Positions 51,456 through 59,879 of a stretch of 64,000 bases of DNA are shown here, one piece after another (the stretch's first letter is position 1; every line of letters starts with the position of its first letter). Source of the DNA: an uncultured virus (IMG/VR IMGVR_UViG_3300046507_000660). Lineage: Duplodnaviria > Heunggongvirae > Uroviricota > Caudoviricetes. Below the pieces are notes generated by a model, which was given only the letters and a program-made list of their open reading frames with translations, was not told the origin of the DNA and searched no databases. Location of the stretch: positions 1 to 64,000 of IMG/VR virus record IMGVR_UViG_3300046507_000660; one strand, 5' to 3'. Made by a program: the position numbers and the translations under genes.

Positions 51456-51728
51456 GTGATCGAGAAGCAACTCACTGGACTCGCGGCAGACCTGGACGCG
51501 CTCACCAGCGCCCCGGCCGCTCACCGGGGGCCGCGGTGCCATATCGGGCTTCTTCTGGAGGGCGTGGACGCCGACGTGGCCGAGTCGCTGCGCGCCGTCC
51601 TGGAGACCACCGTGTCCGCCACGGTCATCGCTGAAGCCCTCGGCCGGCACGGCAACCAGGTCACGGCCTGGACGGTCAACAGGCATCGCAGACGCGGAAC
51701 CCCTAACGGATGCAGGTGCCCCCGATGA
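51456..51728 (+). CDS. Small Cys/His protein coupled to the phosphoesterase
   Basis: RC...VNRHRRR...CRC; GGAGG RBS. Confidence 0.6.
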   Translation: MIEKQLTGLAADLDALTSAPAAHRGPRCHIGLLLEGVDADVAESLRAVLETTVSATVIAEALGRHGNQVTAWTVNRHRRRGTPNGCRCPR

Positions 51729-52972
51729 GCCTGAGCACGGAACTGCAGGCGCTCCTCGAGCCGGCCGCCCCGCAGCAGAGCCAGCCCGCCCAGTCGCAGC
51801 GGCCGCCGCAGGGCGCGCCCCGCGGCTGGGAGTCCGGGGTGCGATACGAGCCGGGCGGCACGATGGTCGTCACGGCCCCGCCCGCCGACAGCCCTCCCGC
51901 CGGAGAGGCCGACTGGCGCGAGCGCGTCGAGGAGATGGGTCTTGCCATCCCCGAGGGCTTCCGTGTCCGCCTGGTCGAGGCCAAGCACGACCCCGCCGCC
52001 TGGCACCGCGACGCCCAGGGCGACGACGCCGTCACCCGCGCGGTGTGGCGCTGCCGGTACGTCATCGAACCCGCGGCGCCCGCATGGATGTCCGCTGGCG
52101 ACGTCGACGCCCTGGTCCGCGACGCGATGCGCCGCCGCCGCAAAGCGCGTCCGGCCATCGACACCGCGGAGCGCGCCCTGGTCGTGGTGTACGCCGACGC
52201 CCAGGCCGGGAAGGTGGGCCGGGACGGAGGCACACCGGAGCTCATCGCCCGGATCGCTGAGCGGTTCGACCGACTCGACGACCACGTCCGGGACTTGAAG
52301 GCCGTGGGGCGCGGCCCGTCCGTCGCCTACTGGGCCGACGCCGGAGACTGCGTCGAAGGATTCGAGAACACCACGCAGCAGGCGTTCACTAACGACCTGA
52401 CCTTGACCGAGATGGTCCGCGTCCACCGGCGCGTGACCTTCGAGGGCCTGGACCGTCTCGCCGGGAAGTTCGGCCGTGTCGTCGCCGCGACGTGCGGCAG
52501 CAACCACGCCCGGGTGCGCCGCGGGAAGGACGCCGTGGGCCCGCCGGTCGACGACTGGGGCATTGAGGTCATGTCACAGGTGGCCGACGCCTACGCCCGC
52601 AACGAGGACGCGTACGGGCACGTGTCGTTCGTGATGCCGGAGCGGTGGCGGGACACCGTGAGCCTGGACGTCGCCGGGAAGATCGTGGGCCTGTCCCACG
52701 GCCATCAGTACCCGCGGCCGGAGAAGGCCGGCGACTGGTGGCGCGGGCAGACCTTCGGGCGGCAGCCCGTCGCGGACGCCGACATCCTGATCACGGGGCA
52801 TTACCACCACTTCCGCACCCAGCAGATGGGCAACGGCAGGCTCTGGATTCAGGCCCCGACCCTCGACAACGGTTCCGACTGGTACGCGGTCCGCTCCGGC
52901 GAGGTCTCCACGTCTGGCCTGCTCGTGTTCAGCGTCGGCCCCGAGGGCTGGGACGACCTCCGCATCTTGTGA
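51725..52972 (+). CDS. Calcineurin-like metallophosphoesterase
   Basis: ADAQ.GK, AGDCVE, GSNH, SHGH, GHYHH. Confidence 0.8.
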   Translation: MSLSTELQALLEPAAPQQSQPAQSQRPPQGAPRGWESGVRYEPGGTMVVTAPPADSPPAGEADWRERVEEMGLAIPEGFRVRLVEAKHDPAAWHRDAQGDDAVTRAVWRCRYVIEPAAPAWMSAGDVDALVRDAMRRRRKARPAIDTAERALVVVYADAQAGKVGRDGGTPELIARIAERFDRLDDHVRDLKAVGRGPSVAYWADAGDCVEGFENTTQQAFTNDLTLTEMVRVHRRVTFEGLDRLAGKFGRVVAATCGSNHARVRRGKDAVGPPVDDWGIEVMSQVADAYARNEDAYGHVSFVMPERWRDTVSLDVAGKIVGLSHGHQYPRPEKAGDWWRGQTFGRQPVADADILITGHYHHFRTQQMGNGRLWIQAPTLDNGSDWYAVRSGEVSTSGLLVFSVGPEGWDDLRIL

Positions 52973-53010
52973 AGAAGACGTAAAGGGGACCGGAAGTTCA
53001 CCGTCCGCGG

Positions 53011-53754
53011 ATGACTTCCACACGACGGTGGCTCCTGACCACCTACAAGGGCACCGGCTACGCCGACACCTACAAGTGGACCCTGCCTGCCTGGGCAGGG
53101 ACCCTCCCCGACGGCCGCAACTACAACACCTGTCCTGGCGCCTCTGTCTGCGCCCCCCTCTGCTACGCCCGTACGGGCACCTACCAGTTCCGCACCGTCA
53201 AGGCGGCCCACGAGGCGAACCTGGTGATGGTCCTGGACGACTTGCCCGGCTGGGAGGCGGCGATGACCGCCGAGCTCCAGCACAAGCGCTACCGGGGCGG
53301 GAAGTTTGTCCGCTGCCACGACGCCGGCGACTTCTTCAGCCCGGAGTACACCGCCGCTTGGATGCGTGTGATGCGCTCCGCGCCCGACGTCACGTTCTAC
53401 GCGTACACCAAGAGCGTCAGCCTCTTTCGCGAGTGCGTGGAACCGGACCCGCCCGCGAACTTCAAGTGGGTGTACTCACTCGGCGGCCGAGAAGACCACT
53501 TGATCGACCTCGAGACCGAGAGGCACGTCGACGTCTTCCCCGACGAGGAAGCCGTCGAAGCCGCCGGCTACACCTCCCGAGGCGACCTAGGGGACCTGGT
53601 CTCGATCCTCGGCCCGCAGAAGGTGGGACTGCCCGCCAACAACATCCGCCACCTCAAGACCAAGCAGGCCGGCAAGCGGTTCAGCGAGCTCGAGCGTGAG
53701 CGGAAGGCGCAGCGCCGCGGGCCCGGCAAGCAGTTCCGCGGCGGACGGCCGTAG
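53011..53754 (+). CDS. GP88-like Cys-triad (radical-SAM-like) phage protein
   Basis: TCPGASVCAPLCYA, VRCHDAGDFFS, FYAYTK. Confidence 0.65.
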   Translation: MTSTRRWLLTTYKGTGYADTYKWTLPAWAGTLPDGRNYNTCPGASVCAPLCYARTGTYQFRTVKAAHEANLVMVLDDLPGWEAAMTAELQHKRYRGGKFVRCHDAGDFFSPEYTAAWMRVMRSAPDVTFYAYTKSVSLFRECVEPDPPANFKWVYSLGGREDHLIDLETERHVDVFPDEEAVEAAGYTSRGDLGDLVSILGPQKVGLPANNIRHLKTKQAGKRFSELERERKAQRRGPGKQFRGGRP

Positions 53755-53762
53755 CGGCAGGA

Positions 53763-53853
53763 CCAAGATCGTTCTTGCCCAATTGGGCAAGCGCCACCCG
53801 GCACCGGATCCGTGCCGGACGGCATCAAGATCGTTCTTGCCCAATTGGGCAAG
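53763..53853. promoter_or_regulatory. 18-bp palindrome element, copies 3 and 4 (flank reversed, 62 bp apart)
   Basis: CAAGATCGTT-CTTGCCCAATTGGGCAAG at 53764-53791 and 53826-53853. Confidence 0.85.
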
Positions 53854-53940
53854 TGCCCCACCCGGCAGGGCGCGACCGTAACCGTCCGGGTGGGGCACGG
53901 TTCCCGCGCCCAACACAGACACGAGAGAGGGGCGTGGAGC

Positions 53941-54432
53941 ATGGGGCTCTACAAGACGGACGGAACCCGGATCACGAAGGCGGCGTTCCCTTCCACCACT
54001 GCAGGCATCACCGACCCCGAGGTGATCGTCACGCAGGACGTATACGCCACCCGTCACAGCGACGAGGGCAGCTACTACACCGGCACCAGCAACGACACGA
54101 AGCCCGAAGGGTCCGTCAAGACCCTCGCCTTCAAGGCCGGGCAGCTCGTGCGACAGTCGGCGATCAATGCCCTGTACCCCCCGGCGGTGATCGACAGCAT
54201 CAGCCCGGCAACCGGCGGTGTCGCCGGAGGCACGGTCGTGACCATCACTGGCAAGAACCTGGACGGCGTCACCTCGGTGACCTTCAACGGAGTCGCGGGC
54301 ACCGCCCTGAACGTCGTCTCCGCCACGAAGCTGACCGTCACCACGCCGGCCGTTACGGCAGGCGTGAGGGACGTCGTCCTGGTCGACGACGCGGGCAACA
54401 CGACCAAGACCGGCGGGTTCACCTACGCCTGA
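53941..54432 (+). CDS. IPT/TIG (Ig-like) domain protein, possible head decoration
   Basis: IDSISPATG..AGGTVVTITGKNL...VTF...TVTTP...FTY. Confidence 0.75.
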   Translation: MGLYKTDGTRITKAAFPSTTAGITDPEVIVTQDVYATRHSDEGSYYTGTSNDTKPEGSVKTLAFKAGQLVRQSAINALYPPAVIDSISPATGGVAGGTVVTITGKNLDGVTSVTFNGVAGTALNVVSATKLTVTTPAVTAGVRDVVLVDDAGNTTKTGGFTYA

Positions 54433-54441
54433 CCCGCACGA

Positions 54442-54477
54442 CAAGGGGCGGCTTCCTACACAGGGGGCCGCCCCTTG
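54442..54477 (+). terminator. Terminator hairpin
   Basis: caaggggcggc / gccgccccttg. Confidence 0.65.
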
Positions 54478-54555
54478 GCGTAGGGCGCGACACAAGCTGT
54501 ACCCGGAGTGCAGGGTGCGCGCCGTCCGGACCGAACCCCCGAGAGGGAGCCACTC

Positions 54556-55143
54556 ATGGCAGGCACCACCGCCCGCACCCGCAAGACCACGGCCAAGACC
54601 ACCGAGGCCGCCCCCGCACAGGAGACCACCGCCGAGGCTGCTCCCGCGCAGGAGACCGCACCCGCCGAGACCACCACCGCGGCCCCCGCCGAGGAGACGA
54701 CCACCGCGGCCCCCGCCGAGGAGACGGCGCCCGCGGTCGAAGACACCCCGGCCGCCGACAGCACCCCGAAGGCGCCCGAGGCCGCTCCGCTCGAACCGCC
54801 GGCCGTCCAGGAAGCCCCGGAGGCCCCGGCAGAGCCCGGCTACGCCAGCCCCACCGACGTCATCCCCGACGAGGCCAACCTGTCCGATGTGATCATCGAC
54901 GACGCCACCAAGGAGCCCCCGGCCGACCCCGGCAGCGTGTTCCGGCCGCTCACCCCGTACGGCTCCACCCTCGTGTGCACCGTGCGCTTGGTCGAGCGGA
55001 CGTACATCGGGCCGCACTCCAACCCCATCGAGCGTCTCCTGCAGCCCGCGGGCGCGCACGTCGCCGAGGGCATCGCCGCGCGGATCCAGGAGCGCCTCGA
55101 CGCCCAGGCCGAGCGGCTCGCCGCCCACAGCAGCGAGAAGTAA
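54556..55143 (+). CDS. Hypothetical protein with Ala/Glu/Thr tandem repeats
   Basis: Approx. 27-bp units encoding ETTTAAPAE; GAGGGAG RBS. Confidence 0.65.
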   Translation: MAGTTARTRKTTAKTTEAAPAQETTAEAAPAQETAPAETTTAAPAEETTTAAPAEETAPAVEDTPAADSTPKAPEAAPLEPPAVQEAPEAPAEPGYASPTDVIPDEANLSDVIIDDATKEPPADPGSVFRPLTPYGSTLVCTVRLVERTYIGPHSNPIERLLQPAGAHVAEGIAARIQERLDAQAERLAAHSSEK

Positions 55144-55154
55144 GGGGGTGCGGG

Positions 55155-56015
55155 GTGGTCTTCGACTATGAACCCATGTACGGCGGGGCGCAGTACGACC
55201 CCGAACCGGCCGGCGGAGCTGTCAGCCGCCTGGATCTGTACGGCACGGCCGATCGGAGCGGGCCGGTAGTCGCCGCGGCGACGACGGTCACCCGGCTCCG
55301 CGCCGGGGTGTACCGGTTCGACCTGCCCGAGGTGCCGCCCGGCCGCTACTGGGGGATGGTCACCTTCACCCCGAACGACGGGGCCCAGCCGGTCAAGGAC
55401 ACGAGTCCGCGCCTGGACCTGCCCATGGGCATGGGCCTCGTCACCTCCCCCGAGGCCGTCGCCGACGAACTCGGTGTCCCCCTCCCCGTCACGCCGGAGC
55501 AGCGCGGCGCGCTGGAGACCGCTATCCGCAACGCGCAGGCCGACGTGGTGGGCCACATCAACCGGCCCATCGTGCCGCGGGCGCTCACCCTGCGCGCTGT
55601 GATGCCGTTCTACACCGGCCGTCTCGACGACGCCGACACCTGGCCCCTGCCCGAGCAGGACGACAACGTCGTGGTGAGCGCCTACCGGGCCAACTCGGAT
55701 GGCACGTACGACGTCGACTTTCTGATCGGCCTCAACGGGGCCCGCGAGGAGACGATCGTTCGCTACGTCACCGCGGCGGCCGCGGAGTCCGAGCGGCAGC
55801 GCCCCGGCGGGGTCGGAGCCACCGGCCGCCGAGTGACCTCCGTGAGCGCCGAGGGACAGTCCATCTCCTACGAGAGCGCACCCACCGAGGGACAGGCCGG
55901 AGCGGCGCCCACGCTGGCCTCCCTGAACCGGCTGCGCCGCAGCCTCTACCAGCCTCTCAACCGTCCGGCCCGCCCACCGTGGCCGTACTCCACGTACCGC
56001 GGCCGCGGTCGCTGA
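55155..56015 (+). CDS. Probable head-to-tail adaptor
   Basis: Position; TSPEAVADELG...AIRNAQADV and VTSVSAEGQSISY. Confidence 0.55.
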   Translation: MVFDYEPMYGGAQYDPEPAGGAVSRLDLYGTADRSGPVVAAATTVTRLRAGVYRFDLPEVPPGRYWGMVTFTPNDGAQPVKDTSPRLDLPMGMGLVTSPEAVADELGVPLPVTPEQRGALETAIRNAQADVVGHINRPIVPRALTLRAVMPFYTGRLDDADTWPLPEQDDNVVVSAYRANSDGTYDVDFLIGLNGAREETIVRYVTAAAAESERQRPGGVGATGRRVTSVSAEGQSISYESAPTEGQAGAAPTLASLNRLRRSLYQPLNRPARPPWPYSTYRGRGR

Positions 56016-56036
56016 TCCACGAAAGGAGCGTCCCCG

Positions 56037-56672
56037 ATGGGCGACCTCTACCAGTCCTACGGCGAGCTGACCGGCGGCCAGATCGAGGGCATCGACTACC
56101 AACGCACCTGGCGCACGTCCGACGTGTCCACGCTGCTGCACCTGGCCATCCACGGGGGAGGCATAGAGACCGGCACCACCGAACTCGCCGATGCGGCCGC
56201 GGCCGACATCCACGACTTCTACACCCTGGACGCCTTCAAGGCCGCCGGCACGAACACCGACCTGCACATCACGTCGACCCGGTACGACGAACCGCAGGCC
56301 CTCGCCATGGCGGCCGCCGCCACGCACATCGTGTCCTGGCACGGCGCCTCGGGAGCCACGGCCTTCACCTACCTGGGCGGCCGCGACTCCAACCTCCGCG
56401 ACCAGATCGGCCAGTGCCTCCGCGATGCGGGGTTCACGGTGCAGCTCGCCACGGAGGAGCTGAACGGCAACGACCCGACGAACATCTGCAACAAGAACCG
56501 GCGGAGCATGGGCGTCCAGCTCGAGCTGAGCACCACCCAACGTGCCGCGTTCTTCACCGGCGGCGACATGTCCCGGGGCAACCGCAAGAACACCACGGCG
56601 GTGTTCACCTCGTACGTCGCCGCGGTGAAGCTGGGCATCTCCAAGGCCCTCGTCACGGCCGGGGCAGGCTGA
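56037..56672 (+). CDS. Poly-gamma-glutamate hydrolase (PghP family)
   Basis: AIHGGGIETGT.ELA, HITSTRYDEP, VSWHG, G....NICN, GVQLELS. Confidence 0.85.
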   Translation: MGDLYQSYGELTGGQIEGIDYQRTWRTSDVSTLLHLAIHGGGIETGTTELADAAAADIHDFYTLDAFKAAGTNTDLHITSTRYDEPQALAMAAAATHIVSWHGASGATAFTYLGGRDSNLRDQIGQCLRDAGFTVQLATEELNGNDPTNICNKNRRSMGVQLELSTTQRAAFFTGGDMSRGNRKNTTAVFTSYVAAVKLGISKALVTAGAG

Positions 56673-56674
56673 CC

Positions 56675-57010
56675 ATGGCTGTCGTCCTCCCGAACGCCGT
56701 ACTGACCGTGTACGCCCTCGCCCACCCATGGGCGCGGGACGCCAACGGGGTGCCCGTCCCCCCGAACCCGAACCAGAAGCCGGCCCCGCGCGGCACCTGG
56801 CCCGGGTCGGTCCTGCAGCAGGACGACGGCTCATGGACGGTGCGCCTCGACCCGCAGGCGTGGCCAGTGAAGGACGGCGACACCATCAGCGACGAGACGG
56901 GCCGCTCCTGGACGCTGACCGGCTCGCCCCGCAACCACGCGGTACCCGGCTGCCCTGACGTCGACTACGTCCAGGCCGCCGCCACCCTCAACCCGCCCGA
57001 GGTGCTGTGA
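56675..57010 (+). CDS. Probable head closure / stopper protein
   Basis: Position and beta-rich pattern (VKDGDTI.D..GRSW). Confidence 0.5.
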   Translation: MAVVLPNAVLTVYALAHPWARDANGVPVPPNPNQKPAPRGTWPGSVLQQDDGSWTVRLDPQAWPVKDGDTISDETGRSWTLTGSPRNHAVPGCPDVDYVQAAATLNPPEVL

Positions 57011-57546
57011 TGGCGGACGCGAAGTTCACGCCGAACCAGGGTCTCGAGGAGGCCCTGGCCCGGATGCTCGCCCCGTACGTGCAGCGCATCGCGCACCAGG
57101 TCGAGATCGAGGCGAAGCGCCTGGCCCCGCCAACCAAGCGGTGGGTGACCGTCGGCGACGACAAGGTCCGCCCCACCCACGTCGCGGCCCAGGGCCAGGA
57201 GGTCCCCGGGAACCTGCGCTTCACGATCAACTCCATGCGCTGGGACATGGAACACCGAGGAGTCGGGCCCAGCACGTACATGCTCGAGCCCCGCGACGAG
57301 AGCTCCCGGGCCGTGGCCAACATCAAGAACTGCCGCTGCACCACGCACAAGGACCCGCAGGGCATCGCCCGGCACATCAACACCGGCCAGCCGGTCGTGG
57401 CCGGGAAGAAGGTCACCGTCACCGTGTCCGTTCAGGCCCCCCAGGTCGTCGAGGCCGAGGTGGGCACCGTGTACCCGGGCAACCTCCGCGCGGACGGAAC
57501 GCACTTCATGTCGCGCGCGGCCGCGATCGTCGCCGCCCGCCGCTGA
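57010..57546 (+). CDS. HK97 gp10-like neck protein with inserted MuF-like segment
   Basis: EAKRLAP...VEAEVGT...FM frame with KRWVTVGDDKVRPTH...NCRC insert. Confidence 0.55.
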   Translation: MADAKFTPNQGLEEALARMLAPYVQRIAHQVEIEAKRLAPPTKRWVTVGDDKVRPTHVAAQGQEVPGNLRFTINSMRWDMEHRGVGPSTYMLEPRDESSRAVANIKNCRCTTHKDPQGIARHINTGQPVVAGKKVTVTVSVQAPQVVEAEVGTVYPGNLRADGTHFMSRAAAIVAARR

Positions 57547-57586
57547 CCGCGCGACACAAGCCGGCCGGGCGCCCACAGTGCCCGGC

Positions 57587-57859
57587 ATGGCTACGAACCC
57601 CACCACCAGGAAGCCCGCCGCCGAGGCGGAGGACAACACCGAGCCGGTCGCCGAGACCGCCGAGGCCCGCCCGGAGCGCGCCCGCCGCACACCCGACGTC
57701 GTCGGCCCGCCCCTTGGCGACGGCGAAAAGCCGGTCACCGTCACCCTGTCCCACCACCTGCGGATCAACGGCACCGACCATCTGCCGGGCGTCGAGATCC
57801 GCGTGTCCCCCGACTATGCCCGCGGCCTGCGCGGTCAGGGCTACGTCGCCCGCACCTGA
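57587..57859 (+). CDS. Small hypothetical virion-module protein
   Basis: Leaderless ATG after promoter motif at 57552-57579. Confidence 0.55.
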   Translation: MATNPTTRKPAAEAEDNTEPVAETAEARPERARRTPDVVGPPLGDGEKPVTVTLSHHLRINGTDHLPGVEIRVSPDYARGLRGQGYVART

Positions 57860-58284
57860 TGACCGAGCCGACCCTCGCCGACGCCGACCCGGTCTCCGTG
57901 CTCCTGGCGTGGCTGCAGCAGAGCGACGAGGTCGCCGACGCACTCGGCGGCCCCAATCGCGTGTCCGGCATCGCCGAGGCACCATGGCCGCACCTGGTCA
58001 TTGACCACGGCGCCGGCGGAGACCTGCGTGACCTGAACTGGGCCATCGCACCGGAGGTGACGCTCGAGGTGCACGGGGACCCGGGCGGCTGGCCGGGGAA
58101 GGCCGAACTGCGGAAGATCCTCATGCGCTGCGCCACGGCCGCCAAGGGCGTCGTCGAGGCGCCGCACACGCCCGGCCAACCCGTCATCAACGGGGTGAAG
58201 CCCTCCGGTCTCCTGGTCTGGTCGCCGCTCGTCAACGGCCAACCCAGGTGGCTGATGAACCTCTCAGTGACCCTGCACCCGTGA
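57859..58284 (+). CDS. Probable tail terminator
   Basis: Position before major tail; AWL.Q..EVADAL...RVSG...PWPHLV. Confidence 0.55.
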   Translation: MTEPTLADADPVSVLLAWLQQSDEVADALGGPNRVSGIAEAPWPHLVIDHGAGGDLRDLNWAIAPEVTLEVHGDPGGWPGKAELRKILMRCATAAKGVVEAPHTPGQPVINGVKPSGLLVWSPLVNGQPRWLMNLSVTLHP

Positions 58285-58357
58285 CGACGCGACGTTAACC
58301 ACTCCCGCTCTCCAAGGTGTCCGCGCCCTGACACCGGACACCTTGGAGAGCCCCGTC

Positions 58358-58951
58358 ATGAGTGGCGAGACGATCAACAACAACGAAATCGTTGTCCCCA
58401 GCATCACCCGCGTCTACCTGGGGCCCGTCGGTACGACTGCGCCCGCCGACGCAACCGTGGCGATGCCCGCCGCTCTGCGGAGCGTCGGCCTCACTACCGA
58501 GGACTCGCTCAAGTTCAACTCCGAACCGAACTTCGAGCAGGTCAAGTCCGCCCAGTCCTCGTACCCGACCCGCACGTTCCAGACCTCCGATGCGGCGACC
58601 ATCGAGGTCGACCTGCAGCAGTGGTCCGGCGAGAACTTCAAGGCCGTGTACGGCGGCGGCGACATCGCCGAGATCACGCCCGCCGGCGGCACCGGCACCC
58701 CCAAGCACTACAAGTTCACGCCGCCGCGGATCGGCTCCCGGACCGAGGTGATGGCTGTGGTCGAGGTCATCGACGGCGGCAAGCACTACCGGTACATCAT
58801 CCCCCGCTGCATGCAGATGGAAGGCGTCGCCTCCGACCTCGCGAAGACCAAGGAGGCCGTGCTCCCGTTGCGCCTGGCCGTCCAGGGCGGCGACGACCTG
58901 GATGCCTTCTACGTCCTCACCGACGACCCCGCGTTCGGCCCCGCGGCGTGA
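58358..58951 (+). CDS. Major tail protein
   Basis: VYLGPVGT.AP, VGLTTED, YIIPR; upstream of chaperones. Confidence 0.75.
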   Translation: MSGETINNNEIVVPSITRVYLGPVGTTAPADATVAMPAALRSVGLTTEDSLKFNSEPNFEQVKSAQSSYPTRTFQTSDAATIEVDLQQWSGENFKAVYGGGDIAEITPAGGTGTPKHYKFTPPRIGSRTEVMAVVEVIDGGKHYRYIIPRCMQMEGVASDLAKTKEAVLPLRLAVQGGDDLDAFYVLTDDPAFGPAA

Positions 58952-59049
58952 CCTCTCGCGGCAGCGCGCGACACAAGCCCCACCGGCTTGGCACTGTCCG
59001 CGCGCTGCCGCACCCCGGCAACCCAGCTACTCAAGAAGAGGTCACCCAC

Positions 59050-59574
59050 ATGTCGTTCGTCATCGACCTGGACGCCGAGCGCCGCGAAGTCCAGTACCCC
59101 GACGGCATCCCCGTGAAGTTCGGCGGGGAACAGTTCATCTTCCCGGCAGAGCTGCCAGCGGAAGCTCTCGACCCGATCCTGTCCGACGAGCTGGACCTGG
59201 TCGGCCTCCTGGGCGACGTCCTCGAATCCTCCGACGGCGACGCCGGAATCAAGGAGATCGTCAACGCCCTCTTCCGGCGCCCGTCCCTGCCGCGGAAGTT
59301 CCTCGCCGCGATCCGCGAGACCTACACGATCCTCCTCGGCGACCAGCACGAGGACTTCCTCCGACAGCGCCCGTACATCGGCGACTACGTCCGCCTGACG
59401 ACCGGTCTCACCAAGGTCTACGGGGTGGAACTGGGAAAGCTCTTTCGGTCTGCCGACTCCTCCGAGAACGCTTCGGAGACGTCGAGTCAGACCTTTCCCG
59501 ATACCACCGAGTCGACGCCCGACGAGTCTGGCTCCGCCCCGGACAGCCCGAATTCATCGGCCTCCGACGGCTGA
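59050..59574 (+). CDS. Tail assembly chaperone (G)
   Basis: Between major tail and tape measure; contains slippery GGGAAAG. Confidence 0.75.
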   Translation: MSFVIDLDAERREVQYPDGIPVKFGGEQFIFPAELPAEALDPILSDELDLVGLLGDVLESSDGDAGIKEIVNALFRRPSLPRKFLAAIRETYTILLGDQHEDFLRQRPYIGDYVRLTTGLTKVYGVELGKLFRSADSSENASETSSQTFPDTTESTPDESGSAPDSPNSSASDG

Positions 59575-59879
59575 TCTCCCTCGTCGACGGTCTGCCCGAC
59601 GACTCCCAGGTCCGCTCTGTCCCCTTCGGAGGCTGGAACCGGTACCTCGAGCTCTTGGCGCTGATCGTCGAGGAGATCGGGCTCCTTGCCGCAGACAAGC
59701 GGCGCGAAGAGCCCACCAGCATCGTTCGCCCGCCGCGCTCCGGCACTGCGACGCGCAGCAGCTCCGGCACCACGCCCCAGCCGCCGCAGCCCGCCCCGGA
59801 ACCGCCGGCGTCCCGCATGACCGGCCACAGACAGATGCTCATGGCGGCCATGCAGAGAGGAATGGTCCGTAGTGGGTGA
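59433..59879 (+). CDS. Tail assembly chaperone -1 frameshift extension (T)
   Basis: G GGA AAG at 59433-59439; -1 frame open to 59879 (DVESDLSRYH...LVDGLP). Confidence 0.75.
   Translation, partial: GKALSVCRLLRERFGDVESDLSRYHRVDARRVWLRPGQPEFIGLRRLISLVDGLPDDSQVRSVPFGGWNRYLELLALIVEEIGLLAADKRREEPTSIVRPPRSGTATRSSSGTTPQPPQPAPEPPASRMTGHRQMLMAAMQRGMVRSG

Noticed and set aside
53763..53900. Possible mini-CRISPR (two 28-bp repeats 62 bp apart)
   Set aside because: Only two adjacent copies, other copies are dispersed singly, no cas genes
54596..54735. Tandem repeat
   Set aside because: In-frame low-complexity linker, not a separate element
53775..56015. 746-aa ORF
   Set aside because: Only the part from 55155 looks coding; the upstream part overlaps two better genes and regulatory sites
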